A stretch of 62,604 nucleotides of DNA, counting the filler, from Sphacelaria rigidula (taxonomy: Eukaryota), in NCBI GenBank assembly GCA_964200075.2. It is 11 parts of 11 records of this genome, joined end to end, with 100 filler letters (N's around TTAATTAATTAA, not from the genome) between each part and the next. Parts side by side here need not be neighbours in the genome. Positions count along the whole stretch, not along the records: positions 1 to 5,601 come from CAXNAA020025965.1; positions 5,702 to 11,302 come from CAXNAA020025966.1; positions 11,403 to 17,003 come from CAXNAA020025967.1; 8 more parts are not named here. The stretch is one strand, 5' to 3'. The position numbers were made by a program, and so were the translations under genes. Below, in pieces: positions 1 through 12,553 of this stretch (positions within the stretch are counted from its first letter, which is position 1; each line of letters starts with the position of its first letter). Below the pieces are notes generated by a model. The model had not been told where the DNA came from. It searched no databases and worked only from the letters and a program-made list of their open reading frames with translations.

Positions 1-3000
1 CGCCCCAAAGCGAAAAATGCGCCACCCTTTTTTGCTCCAAAAGCATAAGGGTCTACCCTTTTTTGTATATTGCCCTAAATGATTTGCCGTCCGGCATCAT
101 CGGTCAAGCTTCCCAGCACGACCACGATGCGGTGGACTATTCCTCCTGGTGGTGACGACATAGGTCGCCCAAGGTCACACACACGAGTTTAGTTGAGAGC
201 TGTCCGAAGTGAGATTAGAGAAGGATTGTCGCGAAGGATAATTATACCTCCAGCGATTGGTGCGTCTTTTCAAGTCCGTGTCCGCCAAATCAAGGCCTCT
301 GTACTCGCGCAAGGGGCCTCGTTATCGAAAAATCTTGGCGACATCGTTCGCGACTACTTCTCAAGTTGAGGCGACAGGATCGCCGCGGTTCACAAGAAAA
401 TCAAGGTGCAAAAATACGGCATCATCACTGGGCTGCCCATAACCGTCTAGTTTACGTGTGTTCCAAATAGGGGGAGAACAGAAAGCATCCAGTTATTGGA
501 GTAACTGGAGTCACGCGCCGTTCCCTCTCACCTATCATTATCAAGCTATGATAGTCTCAGGTATTCCGTGTGCTGATCTGTCTTCAGGTGCAGTTTATAA
601 CGCCGCCGCCTAATGCCTTCAGCTCCAAGAATGATTCATTCTCGTCTGATGTTTATATTCCAAGTGAAAACGATACTTGTCCCGCGGATGGCCCACACTA
701 GCGGTCACACTGCTACTGCCTACGATAACAATGAACCGTGCACTACAGACAATATCTGATGTGAGTGGAACTTCGAGACTATTACATCACAGGGTGCAAC
801 CGACGCGTATCAACTCCTCCTCATTCCCGTGGTCAAATGAAATAGTACAGTACTGTGCTCGGGGAGACGGCGCTGAGACTTGAACACAGTAGTCTACACC
901 CTCATCCACAAGTAGCAACGAATCCGTATTACAGCCCTTCCATACAGTACACTACAGTCTCGGCACTATTTCAGTGGTATGGGGTGGTCCTTTCCACGAA
1001 AAATTGGTGTACCTTTCAACCAGGGGTGAACCGTCCAATGCAACTCTCCTCTCTCGGGTGAATCGAAAGTTGCCTTCTCAAGGCCTGAAAATGGGCGCTC
1101 ATACCTGGAGTGTGTAAAGCTCCTTGTATCGTATCCTTCACGGGAAGCTCTTGTATTTTTGCGCTTTGGGATGTGAAGAAGGTGAAGCGTCTAAGCTTGA
1201 TCAACCCATCCTCATTTAGGAGCTGTTCCGCCATGTTATCCTGTGTGTCGCTTATACGTTGATCCCTATGACACACTTTGACAAATATCCCTCACAGCGC
1301 GTACGCTTGACACACTCTAACCCACAGCGGGTCTAGTCTAAAGTGACGAAAGAAAATGCTGTGAAATAGTGCGCAAGAAAGCATGAAACCGTTGGTTTTT
1401 GATTATCGAGAGTGATGGATCAGTAAGTGGGGTTTGAATTTGAGTACGATCATGGTTCCAGGCAGCGACCATGACGATGCGGATCAAGCCGCTAGCATCG
1501 TGTGGCAGTTTTGTAATTGATGGAATTCAGACTACGCATTGCCCCGAGCGTTTCTAGGGAGTTATCTCCTCGGCAGCCATGCGGGGTATCAGCTGAACGA
1601 AAGACTTGCCGCGGGCAGGAGCTGAGGTATTTTGTATTCTGCACAGTGTGAAGTTGCAAGCCTGCTATCACTAGAACTGCACAGTCCTCATGTTATTGCT
1701 ATGTGCCGTCTTCACACTCAATGTTCAGCTCCGTAGCACAGGGGGGACTGCTCCGACTACGAGTACGCGCCACACTGCAACCGTAAGATCTACATACAGT
1801 AAAGGCCATGCACAACAGTGACACAGCAGTGCTACGGCGCTCTGACTTTAAGGCAAAAACAACAGTTGCAGCGGCTACGATAAAAATTCGAAACGTTCCA
1901 TGGTAAAACCTTTCCTCTCCACAACACGAGTGATGAGGGTACTGAGGCAGGGTCTTATCGGAAGTGACGACCACTTCTCGAAAAATCACTCTCGGAGAAG
2001 TGGTTGCCCCCACAACGACCAGTGCTGCGTCTTATCGACAAGCCGTTTTGTCAAGATCGAAGCCCAGATCTGCACACAGGTGAAAAATGCGGCGGTTTTG
2101 GAAGTGGCAGTTAATCCGATATTTTTGTACTGCTGCGGACAAGACGCCACGAGGTAGCATAGCGCCGACACACCAAGCCAGGAAAACCGACGCATAGACA
2201 CCCACCACTCACGCGCATTAGCTTAAGCGCTAGCTCTTCATCATCTACACACGACAGTCTTTGTTTGACGGAAATCCGTCCAGTATTGGATGAGAGGCGG
2301 CCGGGTGCGTGTCAAATAGCAACCGAAAAGGTGCTGGTGCTATGCGCGCGTCTCACGCAAATCATAATTTCTCACTGAATTCTGAACCGATCTGAGCAAG
2401 ATCACGCACAGTATGCTCAGCTGATGAGCAGCAATGAATGGAGCGGTGTGTTTTGGTTTGAGAGGAGGGCAATGATTTCCTCAGGTCCATGTTTGATTGT
2501 ATTGACTTGTCTGCCAAGCCTTCGGTTACCTCCCTATCAACGGTATGTTCCATGTTCCCGTTCGAGGTGTCACAAAATCACTTCAGCACAAGTGATTTCA
2601 GCAAGTGTCTTTTTGCTTTCCCAAATCACTTTTGCAGCAGTGTTTTTGTGGCACTTTTTTTTTTTTTTGGGGGGGGGTGGTATCGCAGCAACCAATCATC
2701 GGCCGTGTCCATTGATCGACTATCACAGTTGAGTCTGCACCCCATCCTCTCACGGGATCACGAGGCTACAAACATGGTGCTATACGTGTGCGTGTCGTAC
2801 CGTATACCGTGCGTGAACCGTGTGTGGGCTCTCTTGTCCAGGGATGCATTCAAAAATGCGTTCGTTGGACCCGCGAGTCTGCTCAAACGTGCTACGGAAG
2901 TGGTTCTACTTTGGGGGTAGGTTCCGTGAATTTGCCCGTGGGGGTGGAAATAAGCCGGCCGAAAAGCGAAATCTTGAAAAGTGATCATCACTTCTGATAA

Positions 3001-5601
3001 GACCCCGCCCCAGACAATTCACAATTGAGACACCAAAGAACAACCCATACACTTTCGCATGCAAGTAGAAACGCAGTCAAGTTTAATCGTCTTCAGAATG
3101 CACCCCGTCTACTGTGGATCCAACATACGACCCGGCGGCAGCTGATGTGATGCAGAACCACTTCTTCTACCTGCGGGTGGTAGGTGGACAATTTTGTTGG
3201 ACCCGAAATTTGTTTCCGCGGCGCCTGAACCCTGTTGCCCGCAGGAACACATTGTTCTTGAGACTGTTGTTGCTACCTCTAGTGCGGACCCTCCTGTGTC
3301 TCAGGGTTCATGGTCTGCATTCCGTTGAGGTCAGGATCAGGGTAAGGGTAAGGGTTAGAGTTGGTCTGAGTTGGCTCGGGTTCCTGGGATAATAAGACTT
3401 GTGGTTCAACAACAATGTTGTTGACCCGGTTGGGGGGGAATTGGTGATACTGGATCGATAGTGTTATTTACTGTCCTGATTTTCTCATTGGCCCGCTGAT
3501 GGAGGATGTACAGACAGTATTGCATTGGTCGTTCGGGTCGACCCGCAAGGTACGGAAGAGGTCGAAGAGACGTCGGACACCGTAAACTAGCAAACCACGA
3601 GAGCTAGCACCTCTCAACAGCAAACTACCGTAGTCATCATGTTGTCAAGCCTCGGGAGGTAACTCCCGTCACCTCGCTGTACCCCAGATGCTGACGATGA
3701 AATGCTCGGCCCAATTGCGTTGCTCACGTCCTCGAGATACCAAGATCTTCAAAGTTTGATTCGCCTCAGCGGCGAGAAGGGTCTTTGGATCAGGAACTAC
3801 CGTTGCCGCAACCGAAACACCCAGATCGAGCAAATAGCTTTAAGAACTGAACTCTACAAACAGTATTCTGTCCGTCAAGCACTCCACCTTTGGGGAAAAT
3901 ATATGCTACGGGTGCGAAAGTTGCACTGGATGATAGGTCCGTCATCTGTCATGTGACTCATCGTCTCGTCACGAGGTGCTGCTCTTTCTGTGTAACCGGA
4001 CGCGGGGTGAATGTAAAATATACGGAATCGTGCGAGCACAGGGCCAGCGCATGCGCCATGTAGGGATGCGGTTGTGCTTTGGTGAATAGACCATACGCGG
4101 GGCAGTAATCGAGGAATGGTAATGGGGGGACAATCGATATCAAGGCTCACCTCTTTTGCCCAGCATAATGACAAATGCATGAGTATCCATCTTATCTCCG
4201 GGCGAGCACCAGAGCACCACAGTACCGAATGGATAATGCACGCCATCGCTCTCCGGTGGTTGAGGGAGGGGGACATCAGGCATCGCATCAAATCGCATGA
4301 TGAACTCGACTGGAGGAAATACCCGCGTCTGCAACGTGCAGTTGTAGGTGGCCCTCGTATATCGTGCGTACCTATAATACCATAGATGCTGTGCTTCCCG
4401 ATTCCCGGATATCACATGGGACCCGTATCGGCCTAAAAGGGCCGTTGTCGACTACTGCAAATGCACTTGGTGCTTGATAGTCCCATCAACTCCGTCAAGG
4501 AGATGGTGCCGAATGCGTTGCCTCGCGTAGACTGAAGACCGCCTGAACTGTGCTGTAACTGCCATCAAATAACCAACTGTCGGTGCGTCCAGACGTGGTG
4601 CCGTCGCGCGTTTTTCGGATTAGTTTCGAATACAGACAGTATGTCCGGTGAACGCGACGTGCAGGTTGGTGCTGGTTCGTTGGGTTGGATCGCCAGTAGG
4701 CTTCTACTTATTTTGCTAGGATAAGTTCTGTCATGAGTCAACCTTGGTAGCATAAATAGTACAGCGTTGCAGCAAATAGCATAATCGAGGATAATTTCTA
4801 CATTAGGACCACAGTCGAGCATAATTTTTCACCGTTGGGCTGGGACCACGGGTCTAAATACTGGCCTGCTGTGATATTTTGGGCACGTTGTTATCTTCGG
4901 CCGCGGGTCTGATATACGTGAATGCTGTGGAACAGTTCATTCCAACTGCCAGTCTGATCAGTCGCAGGTCTGAAGAACGTTTCCATAAAAGCACAAAACA
5001 AAAAACATAAACGCGTACAATGCACTGTACAATCTGTAGTCTGTAGTACTGTACACGGCGTACAGGGCACAGCACGCAGCACAACAGCACAGCAGTGGAT
5101 CCTAGCTTCCCATTTTCCTTTGTGTGTTTTGGTTTTGTACTTCCTCTGGCTACTCAATTATCATCAGTGGATCCTAGAAAATGGGGTTCATCTCAAAAAT
5201 GAGGTTGAAGTGACATTTCTCTTTTGCAGGGATGACGCAAAACACTTACGACCGAGCGAAGCCATCTCCCCCCCTCAAATGTCCGCAGCACTTAAACAGC
5301 TGTGGCTAGGTGCACCTACTGAATGCGCGATGTACAAGCGTGTCGATGACGATATCACCGTCGAGACAAGCAACGACAGAGAGGAAGCTCCTCGCCCGTG
5401 TCCCTTGTGCGCCCTCGCTCGGCGATTACCAATCGCTCGAGAAACTGGCATCATCGATGTTATTACACCAGCATATGACAAATTTTCCATGTGCCAGAAC
5501 ATCAACGTGCGGAGAGATTCCGTCTCTTCCTGCCTGTCGAGCTCACGAACGCGAAGATCGATTTCTCTCTGCCTCTCCTTTTGGACAGGACGCGCCTCTG
5601 T

Positions 5602-5701
5602 NNNNNNNNNNNNNNNNNNNNNNNNNNNNNNNNNNNNNNNNNNNNTTAATTAATTAANNNNNNNNNNNNNNNNNNNNNNNNNNNNNNNNNNNNNNNNNNN
5701 N
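5602..5701. other. Artificial contig spacer
   Basis: N44-TTAATTAATTAA-N44 linker (stops in all six frames). Confidence 0.99.
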
Positions 5702-6089
5702 GAGAATCTTGTGAAATAACCAACCGTAAGGAGCCATCTTGTTATTTTCACTCGTTATTTGCAAATAACGGGAGGAAATAACCAACCGGAAGAAACGGCC
5801 TTAGAGCGGGAAAAACGCCGGTTCAATTCTCGCCAGATGCATCTGTGTGAAAAGGGTATGGTAAGGGAAGCAGCTAGAGTGTCATACCTTTTGTCTGTGT
5901 GTGTGTGCGCGCGCGTGTGTGTTGACATCCTATCTATTCCGGTCGCCAGTCTACACCGTTCGGTACATGCTGATAGGTGGAAGTATCAGTCGGGGGCGGG
6001 GGTCACACGGGAGGAATAAGGTCAATACATGAGCCTCTAGCCTCTGCCAGACGATCTGGAGTAGAGGGCTATCCACGAGGGACTCCTCC

Positions 6090-6328
6090 TGTAGCACTGG
6101 CTATTCCGTGGCCCGTGGCGAAGGATAGATAGTTTTGTCTTTTTTATTTTTGGAGAGCGCCTAGACTGAGTCGACCCTATAACTGAGGGATCAGATGTTG
6201 AGTGGGCTCAGCAGGCAGCGTCGTAGCTACCGTGAGCGGGGTGCTATAGTCACACACACTCGATTACCAGTACCCGCACGTCCACATTAATCTGTCCGCA
6301 TGTGTGAGTGTACTTGTTCACATGAACA
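6090..6328 (-). repeat. 3' LTR of copia element
   Basis: TGTAGCAC...CATGAACA, direct repeat of 9654-9904 with about 15 substitutions plus indels (by eye). Confidence 0.92.
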
Positions 6329-6336
6329 CCCCCTCT
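6329..6336 (-). promoter_or_regulatory. Polypurine tract (PPT) of copia element
   Basis: Minus strand AGAGGGGG immediately precedes the TG of the 3' LTR. Confidence 0.75.
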
Positions 6337-6605
6337 GAACCGGTACATCAGTCGTCGTGGCTTTCTCTCTCTAAAAAGAATAGTTTCAAGGGGGGAAACC
6401 CGGTCATCCGGGCAAAACCCCCCTCCCCTCAACAGCTTGTGCTCCATCTAGATACTCCATGGACGCCGGTCAAGACAGATACACGACATGTTGGGAAGCG
6501 CCCTACAGAACCCATGCCCCTCAAAGTAGCGTGGGTGGCTTAACCCAAAATGCGCATAAATGCATCACTTGGACATCTAAAAATACCCGGCACTAGCACA
6601 ATAGT

Positions 6606-6855
6606 GACACTTTCTACGATAGCCCCCCCCCCAAAAAAATGTGCATGGTTTTTTGAGGCAAATCTTCACGTTAATCGAAATGGGAAGGCCCGAGCACAAC
6701 GAGAAGCTAGGAATTCCCACGCTTGGGTTTGTTCAAGCCAATGTCGCCAATATGAGACGCTTCATACAGCCTGAACCCGAACATCAGGCGCTGTATCGCC
6801 ATTTTTTTCGTGACATTTTTAGCTGGTTTGGGGGGGGGCTATCGTAGAAAGTGTC
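6606..6855. mobile_element. MITE, GAC-ended group (subfamily A), nested in the copia 3' region
   Basis: Perfect TIRs GACACTTTCTACGATAGCCCC / GGGGCTATCGTAGAAAGTGTC; flanks TAGT/TGGT (4-bp TSD, 1 mismatch); second copy at 62290-62520. Confidence 0.85.
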
Positions 6856-6883
6856 TGGTACACACAAAAAACGTACCTACTTG

Positions 6884-8400
6884 TCACCTTCCAAGTTCGT
6901 CAAAAAAACGTCTGTGCCTCGTAAACAAGCTGATCGAAAGAGGCTTCGTCAAAATATCTGCATGCTGCTATCCTGAGCCTACAACATGTACAACCCTGAC
7001 CTTTCCCGTCCCCACCAGCTCTCGAATGAAGTGATATCTCACGTCTTTTATGTGCTTACTCCTCTCGGAACTGAGAGGATTTTCGACCAGAGCTTTTGCT
7101 CCCTCGTTGTCCTCGTACAAAATAATACCTTGGTTCTGCCCGCTTCCCGGCACAGTCTGCGGTCGCAAGAACGTCAACACTGCCTTCACAAACAACCCCT
7201 CCTTTGCCCCCTCGGCCATGGCAACATACTCTGCCTCCGTAGTTGACAGAGTTACGCAGTGTTGTGTGCGGCTCGTTGCCGACACTACCACACCACCGTA
7301 CATCACGGCTACCCCTGAAACCGAACGCCAATCCGTTTCCTTCTTAGCGTAATCTGCATCGCAGTAGACTGAAAGCCCATCATGAGCTTTCTTGAACGTA
7401 AGTCCAAAACCCTTCGTCTGATTTAGGTACTTTATCACTTTCATAACAGCTTCCCAGTGCCTCTCGTAGGGGTCATGCGACTGCCGAGCAAGCGCTCGTA
7501 CCGAATTCGCGATGTCGGGTCTGGTGACTGTTGCCAGCCACACCAACCTCCCCACTGCGTTACGGTATGGGCGATTCACCTGTTTGTCTTCGCCCGTTGT
7601 CGACCCCAACTTTACAGAAACAGAGGCAGGAATTTCCGAGTATCCCCTCACCTCAAAACGCTTCAGGAGCGTGTCCGTGAACGTGGTTTGCGTTACAGAC
7701 AGCGTGCTTCTACCCCAGTCTCTATCCACTGCGCACCCCATGTACCAGGTTACCTCTCCGAGATTGTTCGTGGGGAACTTTTTGTTGAGGATTTGTCCCA
7801 CCTTTCCTACATATTCCTCAGGACCACTGATAAGGATGTCGTCCACATGGACAACCAAAATCACACGCACGTCTCCTTCATCCTCCATCTTGAAAACACA
7901 AGGATCAGCCTCACACCGCACCATCCCGACATCCTCCAGTAAAGTTTTACACAGAAGACGAGACCACTGCCTGCTTGCTTGGTCCCGTGAATAGATTTTT
8001 CAAGCTTTACGGTCACGTCTGTCGAAACGGAGCAACCTTCAGGCAACCTCATGTATAAATCAGTGTTCATTTCCGCTTGAACAAAAGCCTGTGTCATATC
8101 AAAATGGTACAACGGCCACTCTTCCTGAACTGCCACTGCCATGGCCAGTTTGATGGAGGCCATGGAGGGCGTTGCCGCGAAAGTCTCGAAATAGTCGACT
8201 GCAAAACGTTGTCCAAATCCTCGCGCTACCAACCTTGCCTTTGCCCTCGTTACAGTACCGTCTGCGCCAGTCTTCCAACTAAAACCCCACTTCACTGGAA
8301 TCACGCTTGCTGCTTCCGGTACAGGGCCAGTCGAAAATGTTCCAGCCTTTTCGTGACCTCCTAGCTCGGCCTGCATCGCGCCTAACCATGCCTCTTGAAA
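6884..8400 (-). pseudogene. Copia reverse transcriptase (RVT_2) + RNase H, frameshifted
   Basis: EAWLGAMQAEL..., KARLVARGFGQ, DYFETFA, HVDDILI, TRPDIA, YCDADYA...RSVSG, STTEAEYVA, EDNEGA, RSKHI.VRYHFIRE, then a premature stop before QHADILTKPL; frameshift near 7960. Confidence 0.93.
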
Positions 8401-9648
8401 TTGTGCGAGCTGTCCGACGATGCCGACCCAGAGCTACTTGAACTCTGGCTCCAGCCGTTTTTCTGACCGGAGCCCTGGGGTTTTTCCAGTTTTCCCTTGC
8501 GGTGCGCACCGCTCGGTTTCCCGGTCCCACCCCTGGCAAGGAGAGCCTGGTCGCCCGGGGATGACTTCGTTCCCTGGGCAAGTTCCTGCTTCAAAGAAGT
8601 TGATTCGAAGCGCTTCCGGATCGAAGTCAACACAACCTCAAGTGTCAGCGGTCCCTCTCGATCCTCGAGCAATTGCTTCTGAATGTGATACTTGAAAGGC
8701 AACGCGTTGGGGAATTTCAAGAGAATATGGTTTTCGCTTAGTCGTTCATGCTCCTCGTATGAATTCAGGTGACGTGCAAGTTCCTCCATCTCGAGCAGCT
8801 TCTGCTCTGGATCATCACGGACACCAATCTTGACTCCATCGAACTTTTCCAACGAAGCGGTTCCCGCCCCATTTGGTTTGGGGCGAAAGATATCCTCGAG
8901 TTTTCTCCAAACCGCAGCAGGTGAGTGGATTCTAATCAAAATATCTTGCTCCCTCCCTCCTTCTAAACTAGCTACAAGCATTCGTCTGGCCCTTACGTTG
9001 GCTGCCACTGTTCTTCCCATGTCTGCTCTCCAGATACCCCATTTCTATCTCAGGATTACCGACATCTACATCGTAAGAACTGTTGCCGGCCATGGTGAAC
9101 ACCCTGTCAATTCCTTCGCCCCTTGCGAAGTTGACCAGCTCATGCCTGTACCGAGCATAATCAGCGCTCTTCCCTGAAAATTTTGGGACGTTCTATCGAA
9201 AAGCGGGAACCCCTGACACATTTTCACTGGTATCATTTATTTGGATTGACTCACGCGCGGGCACAAGGCCCCTAGCTTAGTCACTGGTGGCCTCGTTGTC
9301 CATTGCGTCGCGCGCTCCGTCCTCTGGAACAGCTTGGCTCCTGATGTACCGTCGCTCCCTTCGAACTCCAGCACCGCGTCGCTCTACTGTTATATTCATG
9401 TTGAATTCCCCCTGTTGACTATGGGAACCTTCACTATCGAGGACGCCGTTGTTTTCTGCGCCCCCGGCCTCTTTTTCTGTCCTCATACGGTCCATGTTAC
9501 TCTGTAATGTAGCTTGGCTTAGCTGTATATCACGCATGAGCTGAGCCAAGGAACTGACCTGACTACAGACTTCCTGCAACTGCTCTGTAACACGCTGCTC
9601 ACCCCTAACTGTAGCAGGCCTATCACCTTGTTCCGCCATTCTGCGCAA
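8400..9648 (-). pseudogene. Copia gag (UBN2-like) region, interrupted
   Basis: ORFs 9277-9648 and 8382-9020 (SPAAVWRKLEDIF...LKFPNALPFKY...LTLEVV) resemble Retrotran_gag_2 and lie just inside the 5' LTR. Confidence 0.75.
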
Positions 9649-9653
9649 CCGGT

Positions 9654-9904
9654 TGTAACACTAGTGTATTCCGTGGCCCGTGGCGAAGGATAGATAGTTT
9701 TGTCTTTTTCATTGTTGGAGAGTGCCTAGACTGAGTCGACCCTATGACTGAGGGATCAGATGTTGAGTGGGCTCAGCAGGCAGCGTCGTAGCTACCGTGA
9801 GCGGGGTGCTATAGTCACACACATTTGACTACCAGTACCCGCACGTCCGCATTAATCTATCCGCACGTGTGCATGTTCACTCAGTGTACCTGTTCACATG
9901 AACA
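9654..9904 (-). repeat. 5' LTR of copia element
   Basis: TGTAACAC...CATGAACA, direct repeat of 6090-6328. Confidence 0.92.
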
Positions 9905-10175
9905 CTGGCCTCGTGCTCGACAAGTCCTTTCGTCTCACTTGTTATTATCACGGAGTGATCCTCAACAGACGTCAAGAGCCCGACAGCAAGGCCCACACAG
10001 ATAAGGGCCATCAATCCAGGATCCCCTGTCCCCTGCGACTCCTCCAATCATGTATGCGATCTTACTGAATCCTACGGCTTGGTATCATTTGGCTATAGCA
10101 CCCCCAAAGCGAGTTCGACACAAACAAACGAGCTTGACAACCAACAAACCCCAAGGCGAGATCGCATGCGCCAGA

Positions 10176-11260
10176 TCACAAAGAAATACCATACTCCGAC
10201 GCAAATTTACTGCTCAGCGCCCGAGTCAACTGCGTTTTACTCAGTTCCAAAACAAATTCAGGCGCAGAAGAATGAATGTTGTGAAGAGACTCCCCACGTA
10301 CGTTCTTCAGCACCGAACCCTTCCCAATCGACAAAAACAATGGCATCACCATTGTCATCTTCAGCGACGTGCACCCAAGCATTTATTTGACATTCACCTT
10401 GAGCATACGAATGCTGAAATACACATTTTAGTTCCGCAGTGATGTGCAACTGCGAGTCAGCATAGAAACGTAAACGAGCGACATGGGCCGAGTGCACGGC
10501 GCCAGAAACAATGTTCTGCACCGAATACACGTGAGCGTGATTGGCTCCGACCACTTGCCACGGACCTTTCCCCGTGGACATCAACTTTGGCGTCACACCT
10601 TGCGTCCGAATATCGGCATACAATGCAAAATCGCCAACTGCAAACTTGGGCAACAGAGCCTGGCCCTGAGCAAGCTTGCGTTTGGTTCCTGGAGACACCG
10701 CGACAGCAGCTTGCACTTCGTTTCAAAACCGCACTTGCTTGTCAACCACGCCTCGAACCTTGTCACGCAACGAATCAGCATCCATGACATCGAAGTTCCA
10801 CTCGCCGCCAGTGACAGAAGCAAGCGCGGAAAACGCTGTACGCGGCGTACGCCCAAACATCACACAACACGGAGTGTAACAGTAGTAGCGTTCACGAAAA
10901 GAAGTATTCAACGCCCACGGAGCGGCTGGCAAAACATCAACCCATTCAGACAACGGTCGTCGCTGTTCTACAGAATAGACCGCAACGCACAAATAACTTC
11001 ATTCACCATGCGTTCAAACCATTCGGCCAAGGGGTATACGCAACAACAGCAAATTGGTGTTGCACCTTGAGCGCATCGCTCAGCTGCGCGATTACTCGAT
11101 TCTTGAAGTGCGTGGCGGTATCACCAACCCAAACACGCGGCACCCCCAAAGTCTTGCACCAATCGAGCGAGTGCTTAACCGTAACCTCGGCGGTGCAATC
11201 CTCGGTCGGCTCCAAGCAAACGAAATTGGACAAATCATTCACAGGTAGGACGAGTCAGTA
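10176..11260 (-). pseudogene. Ty3/gypsy integrase core + GPY/F + chromodomain relic
   Basis: Frameshifted pieces: LDWCKTLGVPRVWVGDTATHFKN...AYTPWPNG; WVDVLPAAPWALNTS...MFGRTP; KLMSTGKGPWQVV...HVARLRFY; VFVDWEGFGAEERTW(E)SLHNI. Confidence 0.88.
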
Positions 11261-11302
11261 CTCCTTAAGACGAGTGCACTCGTGGGTGTTTTTCCAAAAC
11301 AC

Positions 11303-11402
11303 NNNNNNNNNNNNNNNNNNNNNNNNNNNNNNNNNNNNNNNNNNNNTTAATTAATTAANNNNNNNNNNNNNNNNNNNNNNNNNNNNNNNNNNNNNNNNNN
11401 NN
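11303..11402. other. Artificial contig spacer
   Basis: Same 100-bp linker. Confidence 0.99.
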
Positions 11403-11515
11403 GGGTGTGGGTTGGAACTATGGTTTTTAGCTAAAGTGGTTCATCTGATACTCACCTGAGATGCTGTCGGACCCCCCCCCCCCCCCCCCCCCGTCGGCGG
11501 GCCAAAAATGAAAAA

Positions 11516-12013
11516 ATGGTAGTGTGGGTCCAGGAATTGTTTTTTTGTGCGCCCTTGGATAACAATCAACCTACTAGAACTGTGTGGAATGTTCATGACC
11601 GCCTGCGCCATCCAAATGTTTCAGGCGAAAGGCCCACAGAGAGGGGGGACCCAATCCTGATGCGCGGCGACAACTCGTCGGCTGTTCGCTGGGTAAATAA
11701 ATGCGGGGGATCAAAAGACAGACGCGCCGCCCTTCTGATGCGAATGATGGGTCGCATGGAAGTCGCCACTGGGTGGTGTACCATAGCGAAACACATACTC
11801 GGCGTCGAAAACGAGCTAGCAGACGGCATCTCGAGATGGCCGGAGTCGGAGGTGGCCGAGAGGGTAGCACGGTTGTCAGGAAATCTCAATTGGAAACGGC
11901 TAGAGCTAGGAAATCGAGGCCGAGAGATACTCGATTTGATTCTGCGAGAAAAAACCCTGAACCACAGCCTAGACGAACAGATCTGGAACATAATGTCCCG
12001 ACAAGCAGACTGA
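11516..12013 (+). pseudogene. RNase H of a tyrosine-recombinase retrotransposon (RNase_HI_RT_DIRS1-like)
   Basis: ILMRGDNSSAVRWVNKCGG...AKHILGVENELADGISR fits the DIRS/Ngaro RNaseH pattern DN..AV..N / HI.G.EN..AD..SR. Confidence 0.85.
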
Positions 12014-12019
12014 ACCCGC

Positions 12020-12553
12020 GCTGAACTCGTGATACTATTGCAGGACAAAAGGGAGGCCCCACCAGAGATGAGAAGGGCGTTGCAAAGCTAGTAGAACTTC
12101 TAGCCCACGCGTCAATTAACGCCAGCACAACAAGCGGGTACGAGAAAGTGTTCGAAACGTGGTCGGAATGGAGGGCCCGCCGAGAAAAGCCCGTATATAT
12201 GTCAAGGACCGACGGCGAGGCTAGCGCGGTTCGATATAACTGAATTTATTGCGTGGCGGCTTTTGACGCACAAAACCCAGAGGGGGACAGTGCGGGGGTA
12301 TTTGTCAGCGAAAAGCTTTTACCACAAGATGCATACCGGTTGGGAGTTACCTATGAAACACTGTATGATAGCAGCCGTGCTCAAGGGAGTGGATCGAGCA
12401 CACGGAAAATCCGAAGTAAGGCCCCGCGTGCGAAAACCGCTGACGCTACCGCTGTTGGTAGAAGGGAGAATGCTAGAGATGGGTACGACACAGAGCCGTG
12501 TCACATGGATAGGCCTAGCCCTATCGTATTTTCTTCTATGCAGGGCCTCTTAA
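12020..12553 (+). pseudogene. Tyrosine recombinase N-terminal part (SAM-like binding domain to first catalytic Arg), truncated
   Basis: ASINASTTSGYEKVFETWSEW...(frameshift ~12235)...EFIAW...GTVRGYLSAKSFYHK...VLKGVDR...RKPLTL...WIGLALSYFLLCRAS*; directly follows the RNaseH. Confidence 0.82.

Larger units (their letters stand above)
6090..9904 (-). mobile_element. Ty1/copia LTR retrotransposon, internally deleted (gag + RT/RNaseH; no protease/integrase seen)
   Basis: Two ~240-250 bp direct repeats with TG...CA ends (6090-6328, 9654-9904); purine tract AGAGGGGG abutting the 3' LTR; gag-like and copia RT/RNaseH ORFs between them. Confidence 0.93.

Noticed and set aside
3325..3365. Telomere-like AGGGT(A/T) repeats
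   Set aside because: Only 3-4 degenerate units, internal, within a low-complexity tract
5646..5657. TTAATTAATTAA recurring every ~5.7 kb as a periodic biological repeat or CRISPR-like array
   Set aside because: It is a synthetic linker embedded in N runs
6641..6847. Similar ORFs at 6641-6847 and 62245-62466 (also 35106-35309 / 55761-56153) as a small protein family
   Set aside because: They are chance frames inside non-coding MITE copies
6986..8695. Plus-strand ORFs over the copia element
   Set aside because: Antisense shadows of the minus-strand gag/pol
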